From an uncultured Eubacteriales bacterium (GTDB lineage: Bacteria > Bacillota > Clostridia > Oscillospirales > QAMX01), in contig CAKTEH010000008.1 in assembly GCA_934546935.1 (NCBI GenBank), positions 669-64,668 on the forward strand: a DNA stretch of 64,000 bases, given 5' to 3'. Both the position numbers and the translations under genes were made by a program. This document shows positions 8,730 to 20,888 of this stretch, in pieces (position 1 is the first letter of the stretch; every line of letters begins with the position of its first letter). Below the pieces are notes generated by a model. The model saw only the letters and a program-made list of their open reading frames with translations. It made no database searches and was not told where the DNA came from.

Positions 8730-8886
8730 GGGATTTACCTCGCTCTCTCTTTTGGATATTTTCATTATAGCAGAGGAAACACGCGCTGGCAAGCAAAATG
8801 CCATTACACTATGAAAAAGGACAAAATGACGGAAATAGTTGGGAAATACAAAGAAGAATCCAGTGAAAAAATTCCAAAAAAAACGG

Positions 8887-8915
8887 TTGACAGCGAATGG
8901 GATTTATGTTAAGAT
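8887..8915 (+). promoter_or_regulatory. Promoter of the ylxM-ffh-rpsP operon
   Basis: TTGACA (8887-8892), a 17-nt spacer, then TGtTAAGAT (extended -10, hexamer 8910-8915). Confidence 0.55.
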
Positions 8916-8951
8916 GTAAAGCAAATAGACTTTACATTTGAGGAACGCGGC

Positions 8952-9314
8952 ATGGCAAAAGATCTTGTCAATATGAGTCTGCTTTTTGATCTGTATGGCG
9001 GCGTGCTGACGGCCAAGCAGCATGATTTTTTCCAGTATTATTACGAAGAGGATCTTTCGCTTGCAGAGATTGCCCAAAACGAGGGGATTACGCGGCAGGG
9101 CGTGCGCGACGCAATCGCCCGTGCGGAGGAAACGCTCAGGGATATGGAAGCAAAGCTGGGGTTGGCCGGCCGGATGCGCGCATGGCGCACGGCGTCTGCC
9201 AGCTGTGCGCGGCTTGCATATGAGATTTCTGCGCTCAACCGTGAGAAGTATTTTGACGCGCGCATAGAAGAAAAAACAGCTTCGATTATCAAAATCATGG
9301 GGTCTTGTGAATAA
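8952..9314 (+). CDS. ylxM: YlxM/UPF0122 putative DNA-binding protein (sigma-70 region-4-like HTH)
   Basis: LFDLYGGVLTAKQHDFFQYYYEEDLSLAEIAQNEGITRQGVRDAI is the YlxM signature. The gene lies immediately upstream of ffh and overlaps it (TAATG). Confidence 0.85.
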   Translation: MAKDLVNMSLLFDLYGGVLTAKQHDFFQYYYEEDLSLAEIAQNEGITRQGVRDAIARAEETLRDMEAKLGLAGRMRAWRTASASCARLAYEISALNREKYFDARIEEKTASIIKIMGSCE

Positions 9315-10714
9315 TGGCATTTGAAAGTTTATCTGAGCGTCTGACAAACGCGTTTAAAAAGCTGCGCAGCCGCGGCAGGCTGACGGAAAAAGATATCAAT
9401 GAAGCTATGCGCGAGGTGCGTATGGCGCTGCTTGAGGCCGATGTCAACTACAAAGTCGCGCGGGATTTCATAAAGACCGTCTCCGCCCGCGCGGTAGGGG
9501 CAGATGTGCTGGAAAGCCTGACCCCCGGGCAGCAGGTTATCAAGATCGTGAATGAAGAACTCATTGCGCTGATGGGTGGGGCGAATGCAAAAATTGCAAT
9601 GGCTTCCCGCCCGCCGACCATAGTGATGCTTACGGGCCTCCAGGGTGCAGGCAAAACGACTAACGGTGCAAAACTTGCCGCCTATTTTAAGCGGCAGGGC
9701 AAGCGCCCACTGATGGCCGCCTGCGACGTTTACCGTCCTGCTGCAATTACGCAGCTTAAAATTGCGGCCGGGAGCGTCGAGGTTCCCGTATATGAAGAAG
9801 GGCAGGGCGATCCTGTCAAAATTGCCCAGCATGCCATTGAGCATGCGCGCAGGCATGGCAACGATCTTGTCTTTATTGATACGGCGGGCCGCCTGCATAT
9901 CGACGAGCAGCTGATGGATGAACTGCGGCGTATCCGCGATACTGTCCATCCCAACGAAATTCTTTTTTTTGCCAACGCGATGACCGGCCAGGATGCTGTG
10001 ACGGCGGCAGGGGAGTTTAACGAGCAAATCGGGATCGACGGCGTATTTATGACACAGATGGATTCCGACGCCCGCGGCGGCGCTGCGCTGTCTATCCGTG
10101 CGGTAACGGGAAAGCCGATCAAGTTCATTGGCACTGGGGAAAAGATCACTGATCCGAATAGCCTTGAACTGTTTTATCCGGACCGCATGGCCTCTCGTAT
10201 TCTCGGCATGGGGGATATGCTGACGCTGATCGAAAAGGCCCAGCAGGATTTTGATGAGAAAAAGGCCGAGGAACTGGAAAAAAAGCTGCGGCAGAACAAG
10301 TTTGATCTGAATGATTATATGGATCAGCTTAAGCAGATGAAAAAGATGGGGTCTCTGCGGGATATCGCGGGGATGCTCCCGGGCGTCAAAGCTTCGCAGC
10401 TGGACAATATGAAACTTGACGACCGCCAGTTTATACGAATGGAAGCAATTTTAACCTCCATGACGCCCTATGAGCGGGAAAATCCCGAGCAGATCAATTT
10501 CAGCCGTAAAAAACGCATTGCCGTCGGCTGTGGGCAGAAAATTGAGGATGTCAACCGGCTTTTAAAGCAGTTTGATATGATCCAACAGATGTCCCGGACG
10601 CTTGCGAAAAACGGCGGGCAGATGCCCAACTTTGCCGGAGGGATGCCGAAAATGAAACGTGGGAAAGGCCGTCCGCTTGGCGGCGGGGGCGGGAAGTTTA
10701 AGCTTCCGTTTTAA
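9314..10714 (+). CDS. ffh: Signal recognition particle protein Ffh
   Basis: N, G and M domains are present: [27 protein letters not shown], a Met-rich M domain and a Gly/Lys-rich tail. Confidence 0.97.
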   Translation: MAFESLSERLTNAFKKLRSRGRLTEKDINEAMREVRMALLEADVNYKVARDFIKTVSARAVGADVLESLTPGQQVIKIVNEELIALMGGANAKIAMASRPPTIVMLTGLQGAGKTTNGAKLAAYFKRQGKRPLMAACDVYRPAAITQLKIAAGSVEVPVYEEGQGDPVKIAQHAIEHARRHGNDLVFIDTAGRLHIDEQLMDELRRIRDTVHPNEILFFANAMTGQDAVTAAGEFNEQIGIDGVFMTQMDSDARGGAALSIRAVTGKPIKFIGTGEKITDPNSLELFYPDRMASRILGMGDMLTLIEKAQQDFDEKKAEELEKKLRQNKFDLNDYMDQLKQMKKMGSLRDIAGMLPGVKASQLDNMKLDDRQFIRMEAILTSMTPYERENPEQINFSRKKRIAVGCGQKIEDVNRLLKQFDMIQQMSRTLAKNGGQMPNFAGGMPKMKRGKGRPLGGGGGKFKLPF

Positions 10715-10779
10715 TCAGGCTTAGAATCATCGCGCTATGCGATTTCTATAAAATTAAAAATACAAAAGGGGTAAAAACA

Positions 10780-11022
10780 ATGGTAAAGATCAGACTTCGC
10801 AGAGTCGGCGCCAAAAAGGCACCGTTTTACAGAGTAGTGGTCGCGGATTCCCGTTATCCGCGCGACGGTCGTTTTATCGAAGAAATCGGTACCTATAATC
10901 CAATGGTGGAGCCGTCTGCGATTAACATCGATGGGGAAAAAGCGCTTGCATGGATTAAAAACGGCGCGCAGCCGACCGATACGGTAAAGGTGCTTCTGAA
11001 GAAGGCTGGGATTGTCGGTTAA
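10780..11022 (+). CDS. rpsP: 30S ribosomal protein S16 (bS16)
   Basis: [41 protein letters not shown] is the canonical S16 N-terminus. Confidence 0.97.
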   Translation: MVKIRLRRVGAKKAPFYRVVVADSRYPRDGRFIEEIGTYNPMVEPSAINIDGEKALAWIKNGAQPTDTVKVLLKKAGIVG

Positions 11023-11033
11023 GGAGCCGCTGC

Positions 11034-11267
11034 ATGAAAGATTTGCTCATCTATATCGTTTCGCATCTGGTCGATGAACCGGACGCAGTCGAGGTTATCG
11101 AGCGTGACGGTGAAGACGGCAGCCTTGTTTTGGAGCTGCATGTGGCGAAGGACGACATCGGCAAAGTAATCGGCCGTCAGGGCCGGATTGCAAAGGAAAT
11201 CCGTACGGTGATCCGCAGCGCTTCCAACCGCGAGGGCCGCAAGGTTTCAGTGGATATTGTCGGTTGA
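11034..11267 (+). CDS. KH-domain RNA-binding protein (YlqC/UPF0109)
   Basis: 77 aa with the KH GxxG loop (IGKVIGRQGRIAKEIR). It is in the conserved position after rpsP. Confidence 0.9.
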   Translation: MKDLLIYIVSHLVDEPDAVEVIERDGEDGSLVLELHVAKDDIGKVIGRQGRIAKEIRTVIRSASNREGRKVSVDIVG

Positions 11268-11275
11268 TAAACATA

Positions 11276-11316
11276 CACCCTGTCTTATGGCGTGTCCAGA
11301 GGCAGGGTGCTTTTTT
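11276..11316 (+). terminator. Intrinsic terminator after the KH-domain gene
   Basis: Stem CACCCTGTC / GGCAGGGTG (11276-11284 / 11301-11309), followed by CTTTTTT. Confidence 0.7.
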
Positions 11317-11349
11317 AAGAATACCTGAAAGAATGCAATTGGAGGCGCA

Positions 11350-11787
11350 ATGGAACTTTTTGTAAGGAAATTTGAAGAACTGACAGGCCCGGAACTATAT
11401 GAAATTTTAAAATTACGGGTAGATGTGTTTGTCGTTGAGCAGAAATGCCCATATCAGGAGCTTGACGGCAAAGACCAGTCTGCGCTGCATATCTTTTTAC
11501 GCGATGAAGCGGGGATCGCAGCCTATTTGCGCGTGCTGGCGCCGGGGGTTTCATTTGCGGAGGCGTCGATTGGCCGCGTAATTGCGGTACGCCGGCGCTG
11601 TGGACTGGGTACCCGTATCCTGCGCGCGGGCATCTGTGCGGCGCGGGATATATTCCATGCTGCAGCAATCCGGATTGAGGCGCAGTCTTATGCGAAGGTT
11701 TTTTATGAAAAGCAGGGATTTTATCAGGTTTCAGAAGAATTTCTGGAAGACGGGATCCCGCATATCCAGATGCTTATGGAATTTTAA
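11350..11787 (+). CDS. GNAT family N-acetyltransferase, ElaA-like
   Basis: ELYEILKLRVDVFVVEQKCPYQELDGKD...IGRVIAV...AQSYAKVFYEKQGFYQVSEEFLEDGIPHIQM is collinear with E. coli ElaA as I recall it. Confidence 0.8.
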   Translation: MELFVRKFEELTGPELYEILKLRVDVFVVEQKCPYQELDGKDQSALHIFLRDEAGIAAYLRVLAPGVSFAEASIGRVIAVRRRCGLGTRILRAGICAARDIFHAAAIRIEAQSYAKVFYEKQGFYQVSEEFLEDGIPHIQMLMEF

Positions 11788-11826
11788 ATTGTGCATGGCG
11801 TTTCCCTTGCGTTTTTGTGCAGAATC

Positions 11827-11870
11827 AAAAGACATCCTCCCAAACCTGATGGAGCGGGAGGATGTCTTTT
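11827..11870. terminator. Bidirectional terminator between convergent genes
   Basis: 14-bp stem AAAAGACATCCTCC / GGAGGATGTCTTTT (11827-11840 / 11857-11870). The A/T runs allow it to work on both strands. Confidence 0.75.
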
Positions 11871-11889
11871 CTGTATAAAAGCAGATTTG

Positions 11890-12825
11890 TTACCATTCTT
11901 CAAGCAGACGGCATAAAAGCTGCGTTACAGTATCGCAGTCGGAAAGCGCCGCCTTTCCTGCATGGGCGCGCAGGCCGCGAACGGCAATCGCTACGCCGCC
12001 GGTGCGGCATCCAGCGCCACCCGCCTGTACAATTGGAAGCTCCGGGGCGATACCACAGACGGGTTTTGCACCCAGGCTGCACAGTTTTTCCAGCAGCTGC
12101 GGATCGACCGGCACGCGCCCGGCGGTCAAAAGCACATAAGCGCCTGCATTAAGGGCGATTTTTTCACTCCCGCCCGGCATGTCTTCCGCTTCTAGTGTGC
12201 TGAGGGAAATGGTATATTCAGGGCGGCACAAATACGCCGCCGGGGCTGCGTCCCGCGCGCCGAGCGCATGCTGCGCGGCAAAGACGCAGAACAAATCGCA
12301 GTCTCCGCCGGCCTGCGCAAGCAATTCAACCAAAATTGCCGCACATAACGAACCGGTGATGGATGCGGCGTAAAGGCAGCCGCCAAGCTCACGGGCAAAG
12401 CTGGCCAACGCAAATTTTTCACCTTCGGAAATTTCTTCGTAGGCGTCAATCAACAGGTTCTCCGATTTCAGCTCGGAGTACTCCTTTACGGCGCTTGGGA
12501 GGATGACGCCGCGGCGGCCCTGTGTCGAGGCAACTTCGCGGCCAATCAGCGCGGCAGGTTCGCATTGACCAAGCGTAAGAAAACGGGAAAAACCGTTTGC
12601 ATCGGCCTGCGTAGTCAAAAAGCCAGGTTCGTCGACGGGCGCATACAGCATAATGCGCTTTCCCTTGCCCGGGCGATGGGCAATCAGGCTGCCCTGCGGG
12701 CTATGGGAAAGCTTGATGCCGTCGTTATCATGCAGCGTTTGTGCAATGCAATCAATACGGCCCTGTTCATAGCCGGAAGGGGCTGGAATTGCAGCAAAGC
12801 GTAAAAAATTTTCTCGGACAGACAT
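11890..12825 (-). CDS. M42 (TET/CelM/YsdC-type) peptidase homologue, apparently lacking the metal ligands
   Basis: FAAIPAPSGYEQGRIDCI...RIMLYAPVDEPGFLTTQADANGFSRFLTLGQ is collinear with the M42 family. The positions I remember as ligands are substituted: AHMDE to APVDE, DDR to ITG, QEEVG to QHALG. Confidence 0.7.
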   Translation of the reverse strand: MSVRENFLRFAAIPAPSGYEQGRIDCIAQTLHDNDGIKLSHSPQGSLIAHRPGKGKRIMLYAPVDEPGFLTTQADANGFSRFLTLGQCEPAALIGREVASTQGRRGVILPSAVKEYSELKSENLLIDAYEEISEGEKFALASFARELGGCLYAASITGSLCAAILVELLAQAGGDCDLFCVFAAQHALGARDAAPAAYLCRPEYTISLSTLEAEDMPGGSEKIALNAGAYVLLTAGRVPVDPQLLEKLCSLGAKPVCGIAPELPIVQAGGAGCRTGGVAIAVRGLRAHAGKAALSDCDTVTQLLCRLLEEW

Positions 12826-12855
12826 TTATAGTACCTCGTTTATGGAAAGGATGGT

Positions 12856-14865
12856 TTATTCTTTGCTGTTTTTCATAGGAAAATACGCGTCGAGGATATC
12901 GCGCGCGACAAGCGCGGCATTGTTGCCGGTGGCGCCATGTTCAATTACAACGGCAATGGCAATACGCGGTGATTCTGCGGGCGCGGCAAGGACAAAAATT
13001 GCGTTGGCGGTTCCGTTGGAAACTTGTGCGGAACCGGATTTGCCCAATACAGAAACGGGATACGCCTCGAATACATGGCTTGCGGTACCATCGGCAGTAA
13101 CGGAAAGCATGCCGGCCAGGATTGCCTCGAGATTATCCTGGCTGTATACAATCTGTTCGGCAATTTCGGGATTTTTTTCATATATAAGTGCGTCATCAGA
13201 CGCGGAAAGTACTTTCGAAAGGATGTGCGGCGTATAGCGCGTGCCGCCGTTTGCCAGCGTAGCTACATAAGAGGCGAGCTGCAGGGGGGTAAACAGGTTG
13301 TCAGACTGCCCAATGGCAGCCTGAAGGGTATCCCCGGGATAAAAACTGCGGCCTTGCGCCTGTCGTTCTTCCCGGCTTGCGACAACACCCTGCGCTTCCC
13401 CGCCGAGTTCAATCCCGGTATATTCCCCCAGGCCGAACAGGCGTGCATACTGTGCAATCCGGTCAATGCCGCATAACCGGCCGACTTCATAGAAGAAGCA
13501 GTTGCAGGAACCGGCAAGCGCATCACGGACGCACAGCGGGCCATGGGTTTTACCTGTATCATTGTAGATCCAGCAGCGGTACAGGTAATCAGGGGCATAG
13601 TAGTCATATATGCCGTTGCATTCCAAAATTGTATCTGGTTCGATGATTCCGTCGCCCAGCGCAGCGGTCGCCGTCAGCATTTTGAAGGTGGAGCCTGGCG
13701 CATAGGTACCGCCGAGCGCGCGGTTAAACATGGGCTTAAGCGGGTCTGAGAGCAGGCTGCTGTACTGCTGTGAAAAATCAGCAAGGCTGTAGCTTGGATA
13801 GGAAGCAAGCGCCAGCACTTCACCGGTGCCGACGTCAAGGACTACGGCCGCACCGCCCGCGGCTTTCCCGTCCCCGGCGCGCAGGCTTGCAATGCGGCGG
13901 GCAAGCGAATCCTCTGCTGCGGCCTGCAAGTTCAGATCAATCGTCAGATAAATATTCCCGCCGGAATCCGCATCTGCCTGTTTCAACAGGCGCAGCGCGT
14001 TGCCCTGCAAATCCGTTTCCAATGTGCGTTCGCCGTCTGTACCGCGCAGGTAGCTTTCAAATGCGCGCTCTGCTCCATCCAGCCCGACCCGCGCATTGTA
14101 GGCATATCCTTCCCCGATATAAGTTTCCAGTTGTTCCGCAGGAATAGCGCCGACACGTCCCAGGATATGCGCGCAGTAACTGGTGTCATAAACGCGTTCA
14201 TACTCCATCCCAATCTGTAAAGCACGGTAAAGTTCCCGGTTTTCTGTGACTTTGGCGATAAGCTCCATATCAATTCCACGCGCAAGGACATAGGGCGTTT
14301 TTGCGGAAAAATCGTTCTGGTAAAGTTCGTAAAAAACACCGAGGATCGCCCGCGCCTGGTTGGGGGAAAAGCGGGCCGGGATTTCATACGAGACGCATAA
14401 GGCGCGTACTGCTTCTTCCGCAGACAGCGTCGTATCTAGGCCCCGGTATTTTAAAAAGCTTTCCATTTTCTTTTGCTGCGCTGCGGCCTGATCTGAGAAG
14501 GTATACTGGAAAGGCGCGTCAGATAATGGCATTGTGTCTTCATATGCGATTCCATGCTCAGACAAAAGCGCGAGCGCCTGATGGATAAGCGTGCACCGCC
14601 GGTCCTCATCAAAACGGGAGTATTCTAATTCCAATGTGTAAATGACATGGTTGGTTACAAGCGGCGTGCCGTTTCGGTCATAAATCCCACCGCGTGAGGC
14701 CGGGATAGTTTCGGTGCGCACGATGGTTTCGGCTTGTTGTGCCGCTGTCTGTGCCGGGGTGGGGGCATACAACCCCGCTGCTGCCGCTGCAACTGCGCAG
14801 AAGCCTGCAAGCGTCAAGGCACCGAGAATGGCAAGCCGGATTCGGCGCATATTATTGTTTTTCAT
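12856..14865 (-). CDS. mrdA: Penicillin-binding protein 2 (elongasome transpeptidase)
   Basis: N-terminal membrane anchor, a dimerisation domain, and the transpeptidase motifs STFK (GSTFKM), SCN (AGSCNCF) and KSG (GKSGSAQ). AAGGAGG SD is present. It lies directly after mreD, overlapping its end. Confidence 0.9.
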   Translation of the reverse strand: MKNNNMRRIRLAILGALTLAGFCAVAAAAAGLYAPTPAQTAAQQAETIVRTETIPASRGGIYDRNGTPLVTNHVIYTLELEYSRFDEDRRCTLIHQALALLSEHGIAYEDTMPLSDAPFQYTFSDQAAAQQKKMESFLKYRGLDTTLSAEEAVRALCVSYEIPARFSPNQARAILGVFYELYQNDFSAKTPYVLARGIDMELIAKVTENRELYRALQIGMEYERVYDTSYCAHILGRVGAIPAEQLETYIGEGYAYNARVGLDGAERAFESYLRGTDGERTLETDLQGNALRLLKQADADSGGNIYLTIDLNLQAAAEDSLARRIASLRAGDGKAAGGAAVVLDVGTGEVLALASYPSYSLADFSQQYSSLLSDPLKPMFNRALGGTYAPGSTFKMLTATAALGDGIIEPDTILECNGIYDYYAPDYLYRCWIYNDTGKTHGPLCVRDALAGSCNCFFYEVGRLCGIDRIAQYARLFGLGEYTGIELGGEAQGVVASREERQAQGRSFYPGDTLQAAIGQSDNLFTPLQLASYVATLANGGTRYTPHILSKVLSASDDALIYEKNPEIAEQIVYSQDNLEAILAGMLSVTADGTASHVFEAYPVSVLGKSGSAQVSNGTANAIFVLAAPAESPRIAIAVVIEHGATGNNAALVARDILDAYFPMKNSKE

Positions 14866-15457
14866 GCTGCCTCCTTTGCATGCCGCCGCCTGACAGCGCC
14901 AGCCGGGTAATGCGGCGTGCAGGTTTGATCAGGCTTGCGCGAACAGGTTTGGCGGCATAGGGCTGGGGAGCCAGCGTGTGGAGCTTCCGGCACAGGAAAA
15001 AAAACGGATAAAAGGCCGGGATACAAAAGCCACTCTCGACAAGTATAATCCGAAGCAGCCGGGAAGCCGGCGCGCCATAAAAAGGCAGATAATAGAACAC
15101 ATAGCATAAGCCTTGTGACAGGAGCAAAATAACGGCCAGCGCACCGAGCGCAATAACCGGATGTGGGTAAAACCGGCGTCTGCAGATATGTGCAATTCCA
15201 GCTGCCGCGAAGTAATAGAAAAGAGAAAAGAAAAGCCCGGAAACAGAAATGGTATCGCATAAAATCCCAGCCCAGAGTCCGAGAAACGCGGCCGGGAGGA
15301 CGCGCTCGAATATGGCTGTACAGGCAACAAGCGCCGGCATAAAATCCGGACGTACACCCAGAACGGTAAGCTTGCGGCCAAAGGCGGACTGGAATGCGAA
15401 AACACACAGAAATACAAGCGTATAAAGTGCATATTTGATAAAAATCCGTAGGCGCAT
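14852..15457 (-). CDS. mreD: Rod shape-determining protein MreD
   Basis: Start set at ATG 15457 (MRLRIFIKYALYTLVFL...), just downstream of the mreC stop at 15459-15461 with no overlap. It is a multi-TM hydrophobic protein in the canonical mreC-mreD position. Confidence 0.8.
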   Translation of the reverse strand: MRLRIFIKYALYTLVFLCVFAFQSAFGRKLTVLGVRPDFMPALVACTAIFERVLPAAFLGLWAGILCDTISVSGLFFSLFYYFAAAGIAHICRRRFYPHPVIALGALAVILLLSQGLCYVFYYLPFYGAPASRLLRIILVESGFCIPAFYPFFFLCRKLHTLAPQPYAAKPVRASLIKPARRITRLALSGGGMQRRQHEKQ

Positions 15458-15458
15458 A

Positions 15459-16292
15459 TCAGGCCTCCCGGAAACCGGTGACAATGTAGACCTGCTGAGC
15501 TTCATCCAGTGAAGCAAAGGGCCGGATCAGCGCATAGGCTGAAAGCGCGTGTTCTTCGAGCCCAACCTCACAGACCAGCCCGACAGCGATCCCGGCGGGA
15601 TAAGCACCGCCCGCACCGGCGGTTTCAATAACATCGCCGACCTGTATGTCCGCATCGGTACTCAGGTAGGACAGGCGGATTAGCCCGCTGTCCTGAAGGG
15701 AAAAGCTGCTTTCCAGGATACCGGTGTCCTGCGTACGTATGCTGCGCGCCGAACAGGAGGCGCCTGCGGCTGTAATGGGAAGAAGCGTACAGGAATATTC
15801 TCCGCATTCACTGATCAGGCCGGCCAGCCCATTAACTGTAACCACGCACATCCCGGCACTGACGCCGTCGGTGCTGCCGCAGTCGAGCGTATAGCGTTCG
15901 TCCCAACCGCCGGGAGCGGCTGCAAGCACAGCTGCCGGAAGATAATCCACGCGCCGGTCGCGCGCTTTCATGGAAAGCATCTGCCGCAGCGTCTGGTTTT
16001 CCGATTCCAGCGTACTGTACTCCCGAACTTGTGCTTCCAGCTGCGCCACGCGTGCCTGCAGCTGTGCATTTTCAGCCTCCAGTGCATCATAGCGGGCAAA
16101 GGTGTTGTAAAAGTCTGTGAAAATGGAACACAGCCTTGAAAAAAACTGTTCGCTGGATTTTGCCGCAGCCGAAGCTGCCTCACGGACAGGTGAGATTGTG
16201 CCGGCAAACGCCGCAAACAAAGTGGCTGCTGTCAGAAGCAGCGCAATGCAAAGGGAAATCAGGAAGAATCTGCTTTTCAGAAACCTGCGCAA
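15459..16292 (-). CDS. mreC: Rod shape-determining protein MreC
   Basis: TTG start with GGAGGTGG 5 nt upstream. It has a signal-anchor, a coiled coil (LEAENAQLQARVAQLEAQVREYSTLESENQTLRQ) and C-terminal beta-barrel repeats (GDVIETAGAGGAYPAGIAVG). Confidence 0.9.
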   Translation of the reverse strand: MRRFLKSRFFLISLCIALLLTAATLFAAFAGTISPVREAASAAAKSSEQFFSRLCSIFTDFYNTFARYDALEAENAQLQARVAQLEAQVREYSTLESENQTLRQMLSMKARDRRVDYLPAAVLAAAPGGWDERYTLDCGSTDGVSAGMCVVTVNGLAGLISECGEYSCTLLPITAAGASCSARSIRTQDTGILESSFSLQDSGLIRLSYLSTDADIQVGDVIETAGAGGAYPAGIAVGLVCEVGLEEHALSAYALIRPFASLDEAQQVYIVTGFREA

Positions 16293-16317
16293 AAAACCAC
16301 CTCCGCCGGGCGGTGAT

Positions 16318-16893
16318 TTATAAAAGTGTCAGCCCGGCCTTTTTCAGTAGTATTCCCAGTTTAAAAAGCGGAAGACCCATAACCCCATAAAAATCCCCGG
16401 TGATGCCGGAAACGAACAGGCACGCTTGTTCCTGGATACCATAAGCGCCGGCCTTGTCGTAGGGCTGCGCTTTTTTGATGTAAGCCCGGATTTCCTGTGG
16501 AGAGAGCGTCCGGAAACGCACTTGCGTAATATCACAGTCACAGAAAGTCATATCACCGTGCACAACAGCGACGCCGGAATAAACGCAGTGCGTCTTTCCC
16601 GAGAGCGAAGACAGCATGGTGAAGGCTGCGCCTGCATCCGACGGCTTTCCGAGAACCAAACCTTCGGATGCAACGACTGTGTCGGCGCCGATGACGATAT
16701 CATCCGGTCCGTGCAAAGCGGCGACATGCTTTGCCTTTGCACAAGCGAGTCTGCGCACAATTTGTTCGGGGTCAGAGATGTCCCGGCAAAACGCGCGCTC
16801 ATCTATATCAGCTTCTTCGCAAAGAAACGCCGGGCAGATCTTTGCCAGCAGCTCGCGCCGGCGCGGAGAGCGCGACGCGAGGATCAGCGCCAT
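16318..16893 (-). CDS. maf: Maf-like nucleoside triphosphate pyrophosphatase (septum formation protein)
   Basis: LILASRSPRRRELL...GADTVV...GKP...AGAYGIQ are the Maf signatures. It overlaps the zapA stop (TAATG). Confidence 0.9.
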   Translation of the reverse strand: MALILASRSPRRRELLAKICPAFLCEEADIDERAFCRDISDPEQIVRRLACAKAKHVAALHGPDDIVIGADTVVASEGLVLGKPSDAGAAFTMLSSLSGKTHCVYSGVAVVHGDMTFCDCDITQVRFRTLSPQEIRAYIKKAQPYDKAGAYGIQEQACLFVSGITGDFYGVMGLPLFKLGILLKKAGLTLL

Positions 16894-17273
16894 TATCCGT
16901 CCCGGCGCGCCGAATCGCGCCGGAGGGCGGCAATATCTGCCCGCAAGCGGGAGATCTCATCGCTGTATGCTTTGATCTGTGCGCGCAGGTTCTCTGCGGT
17001 GTCTGTAGCTTTGATTTGTTCATCCGCAATATTGCATGCAGCAAGGATCGCCGCTTCGGAGAGCGAAAAGCGTCCGGCGCTTGTTACGCTCTTGATGCGC
17101 GCGTCGACCAGCGCCGCGCAGCGGTGGACGTATTCCTCGGACTCGGATGCAAGGATGATAAATTCCTGACCGGCGATAGAAACGCGCACGCGATTTTTCG
17201 GCGCCTCGGCGCCATCGGGGCTCATAACGCGGGAGAGGAAATTGGCGATGCTGTCTTTTGAATCATTTGCCAT
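16893..17273 (-). CDS. zapA: Cell division protein ZapA
   Basis: The VRVSIAGQEFIILASESEEYVHRCAALVDARIK...AAILAACNIADE core is followed by a C-terminal coiled coil. Confidence 0.8.
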   Translation of the reverse strand: MANDSKDSIANFLSRVMSPDGAEAPKNRVRVSIAGQEFIILASESEEYVHRCAALVDARIKSVTSAGRFSLSEAAILAACNIADEQIKATDTAENLRAQIKAYSDEISRLRADIAALRRDSARRDG

Positions 17274-17953
17274 GATTTCGGCCTCTTTCAGCTTGATTTT
17301 TGGCTGCGCTGAAAAGCACCAGCCTATACTTTCATTTTAAAGTATATTTCAGTAAAAAACAAGTGCGGCGCCAAAGATTCGCCCTGTGGCCGCACGGGGT
17401 ATTTTCCAGAATCAAATCGTGGCTGAGGTTAGCAGAAAAAAGCATGGGAAGATTTTAAATTTGCATAACACAGGCACAGAACAAAAAATTGCGGGGCCTG
17501 TATTTTTTGGCCGGTTTTATGGGTATATGAGCGGGAAACCCTCCGCTTTTTGAAGATTATATCATAGGCAAAGCACGAAATATGCAATATTGATAAATTT
17601 TACAAAAAGATTTTCAGTATTTTTAAAATGGATTCGATTTTTTTGGAATAAAATCGGGATATGTGCAGCTTTCGTCGACAAATATTGCATGAGAATTCAA
17701 ATGGTGATTATAATTTTGAAAAAAACGCGGTTATAAGCCGGAAATATAGGTGTTATAATGTAAAAAATGAATTGAAAATGCGTTGTACCTTCTTGTGCAA
17801 TATGCGTGTTCTCAATTTTCGCGGCAGCAAAAAAATCCTGTACTTTATTTCGCTGAAAGTGTATAATTTTAATGCCTGAAAAGACGCAGGAATGATAAAA
17901 AAGCAAAATCCTATCCGCGCATGACTTTGATAATATACGGGAGGAACATGCAA

Positions 17954-20581
<2,628 letters not shown>

Positions 20582-20653
20582 CTTGCATGTTTTTACCGTA
20601 AGGCACAGGCGCATACTTCATAAAAACCGGTAATGTATAGCCGCCGGCTTAAG

Positions 20654-20700
20654 AATACGACCCTGTATCTATTAACGCAGGGTCGTATTTTTTCTTTTTT
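20654..20700 (+). terminator. Intrinsic terminator of ppdK
   Basis: 12-bp stem AATACGACCCTG / CAGGGTCGTATT (20654-20665 / 20678-20689), followed by a long T-rich run. Confidence 0.8.
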
Positions 20701-20832
20701 GGCGATTTTTCTTGTTTTGACTGTTTTCAAAATTCGGATATGTCCTTTTATTGCACCAGTATAAAGCGCAGTACATCCGGGCGTGATTTGACAGAGTAAC
20801 ACAGATATCTGTATAAGAATTACGATAGCGAC

Positions 20833-20858
20833 AAAAAAACCGCCAAAGGCGGTTTTTC
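20833..20858. terminator. Small bidirectional terminator (serves the GH3 gene on the minus strand)
   Basis: AAAAAAACCGCC-AAA-GGCGGTTTTT. The GC stem is flanked by an A-run on one side and a T-run on the other. Confidence 0.65.
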
Positions 20859-20888
20859 AAAGGGAAAATTCATTCTTTGAAGCAGCTT

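Noticed and set aside
11268-11349. Expected rimM-trmD-rplS after rpsP and the KH gene. I wondered whether a deletion or rearrangement scar is present.
   Set aside because: A clean terminator follows the KH gene, and the next gene is an ordinary GNAT with its own start. There are no repeats or gene fragments, so this is probably simply a different (split) operon organisation.
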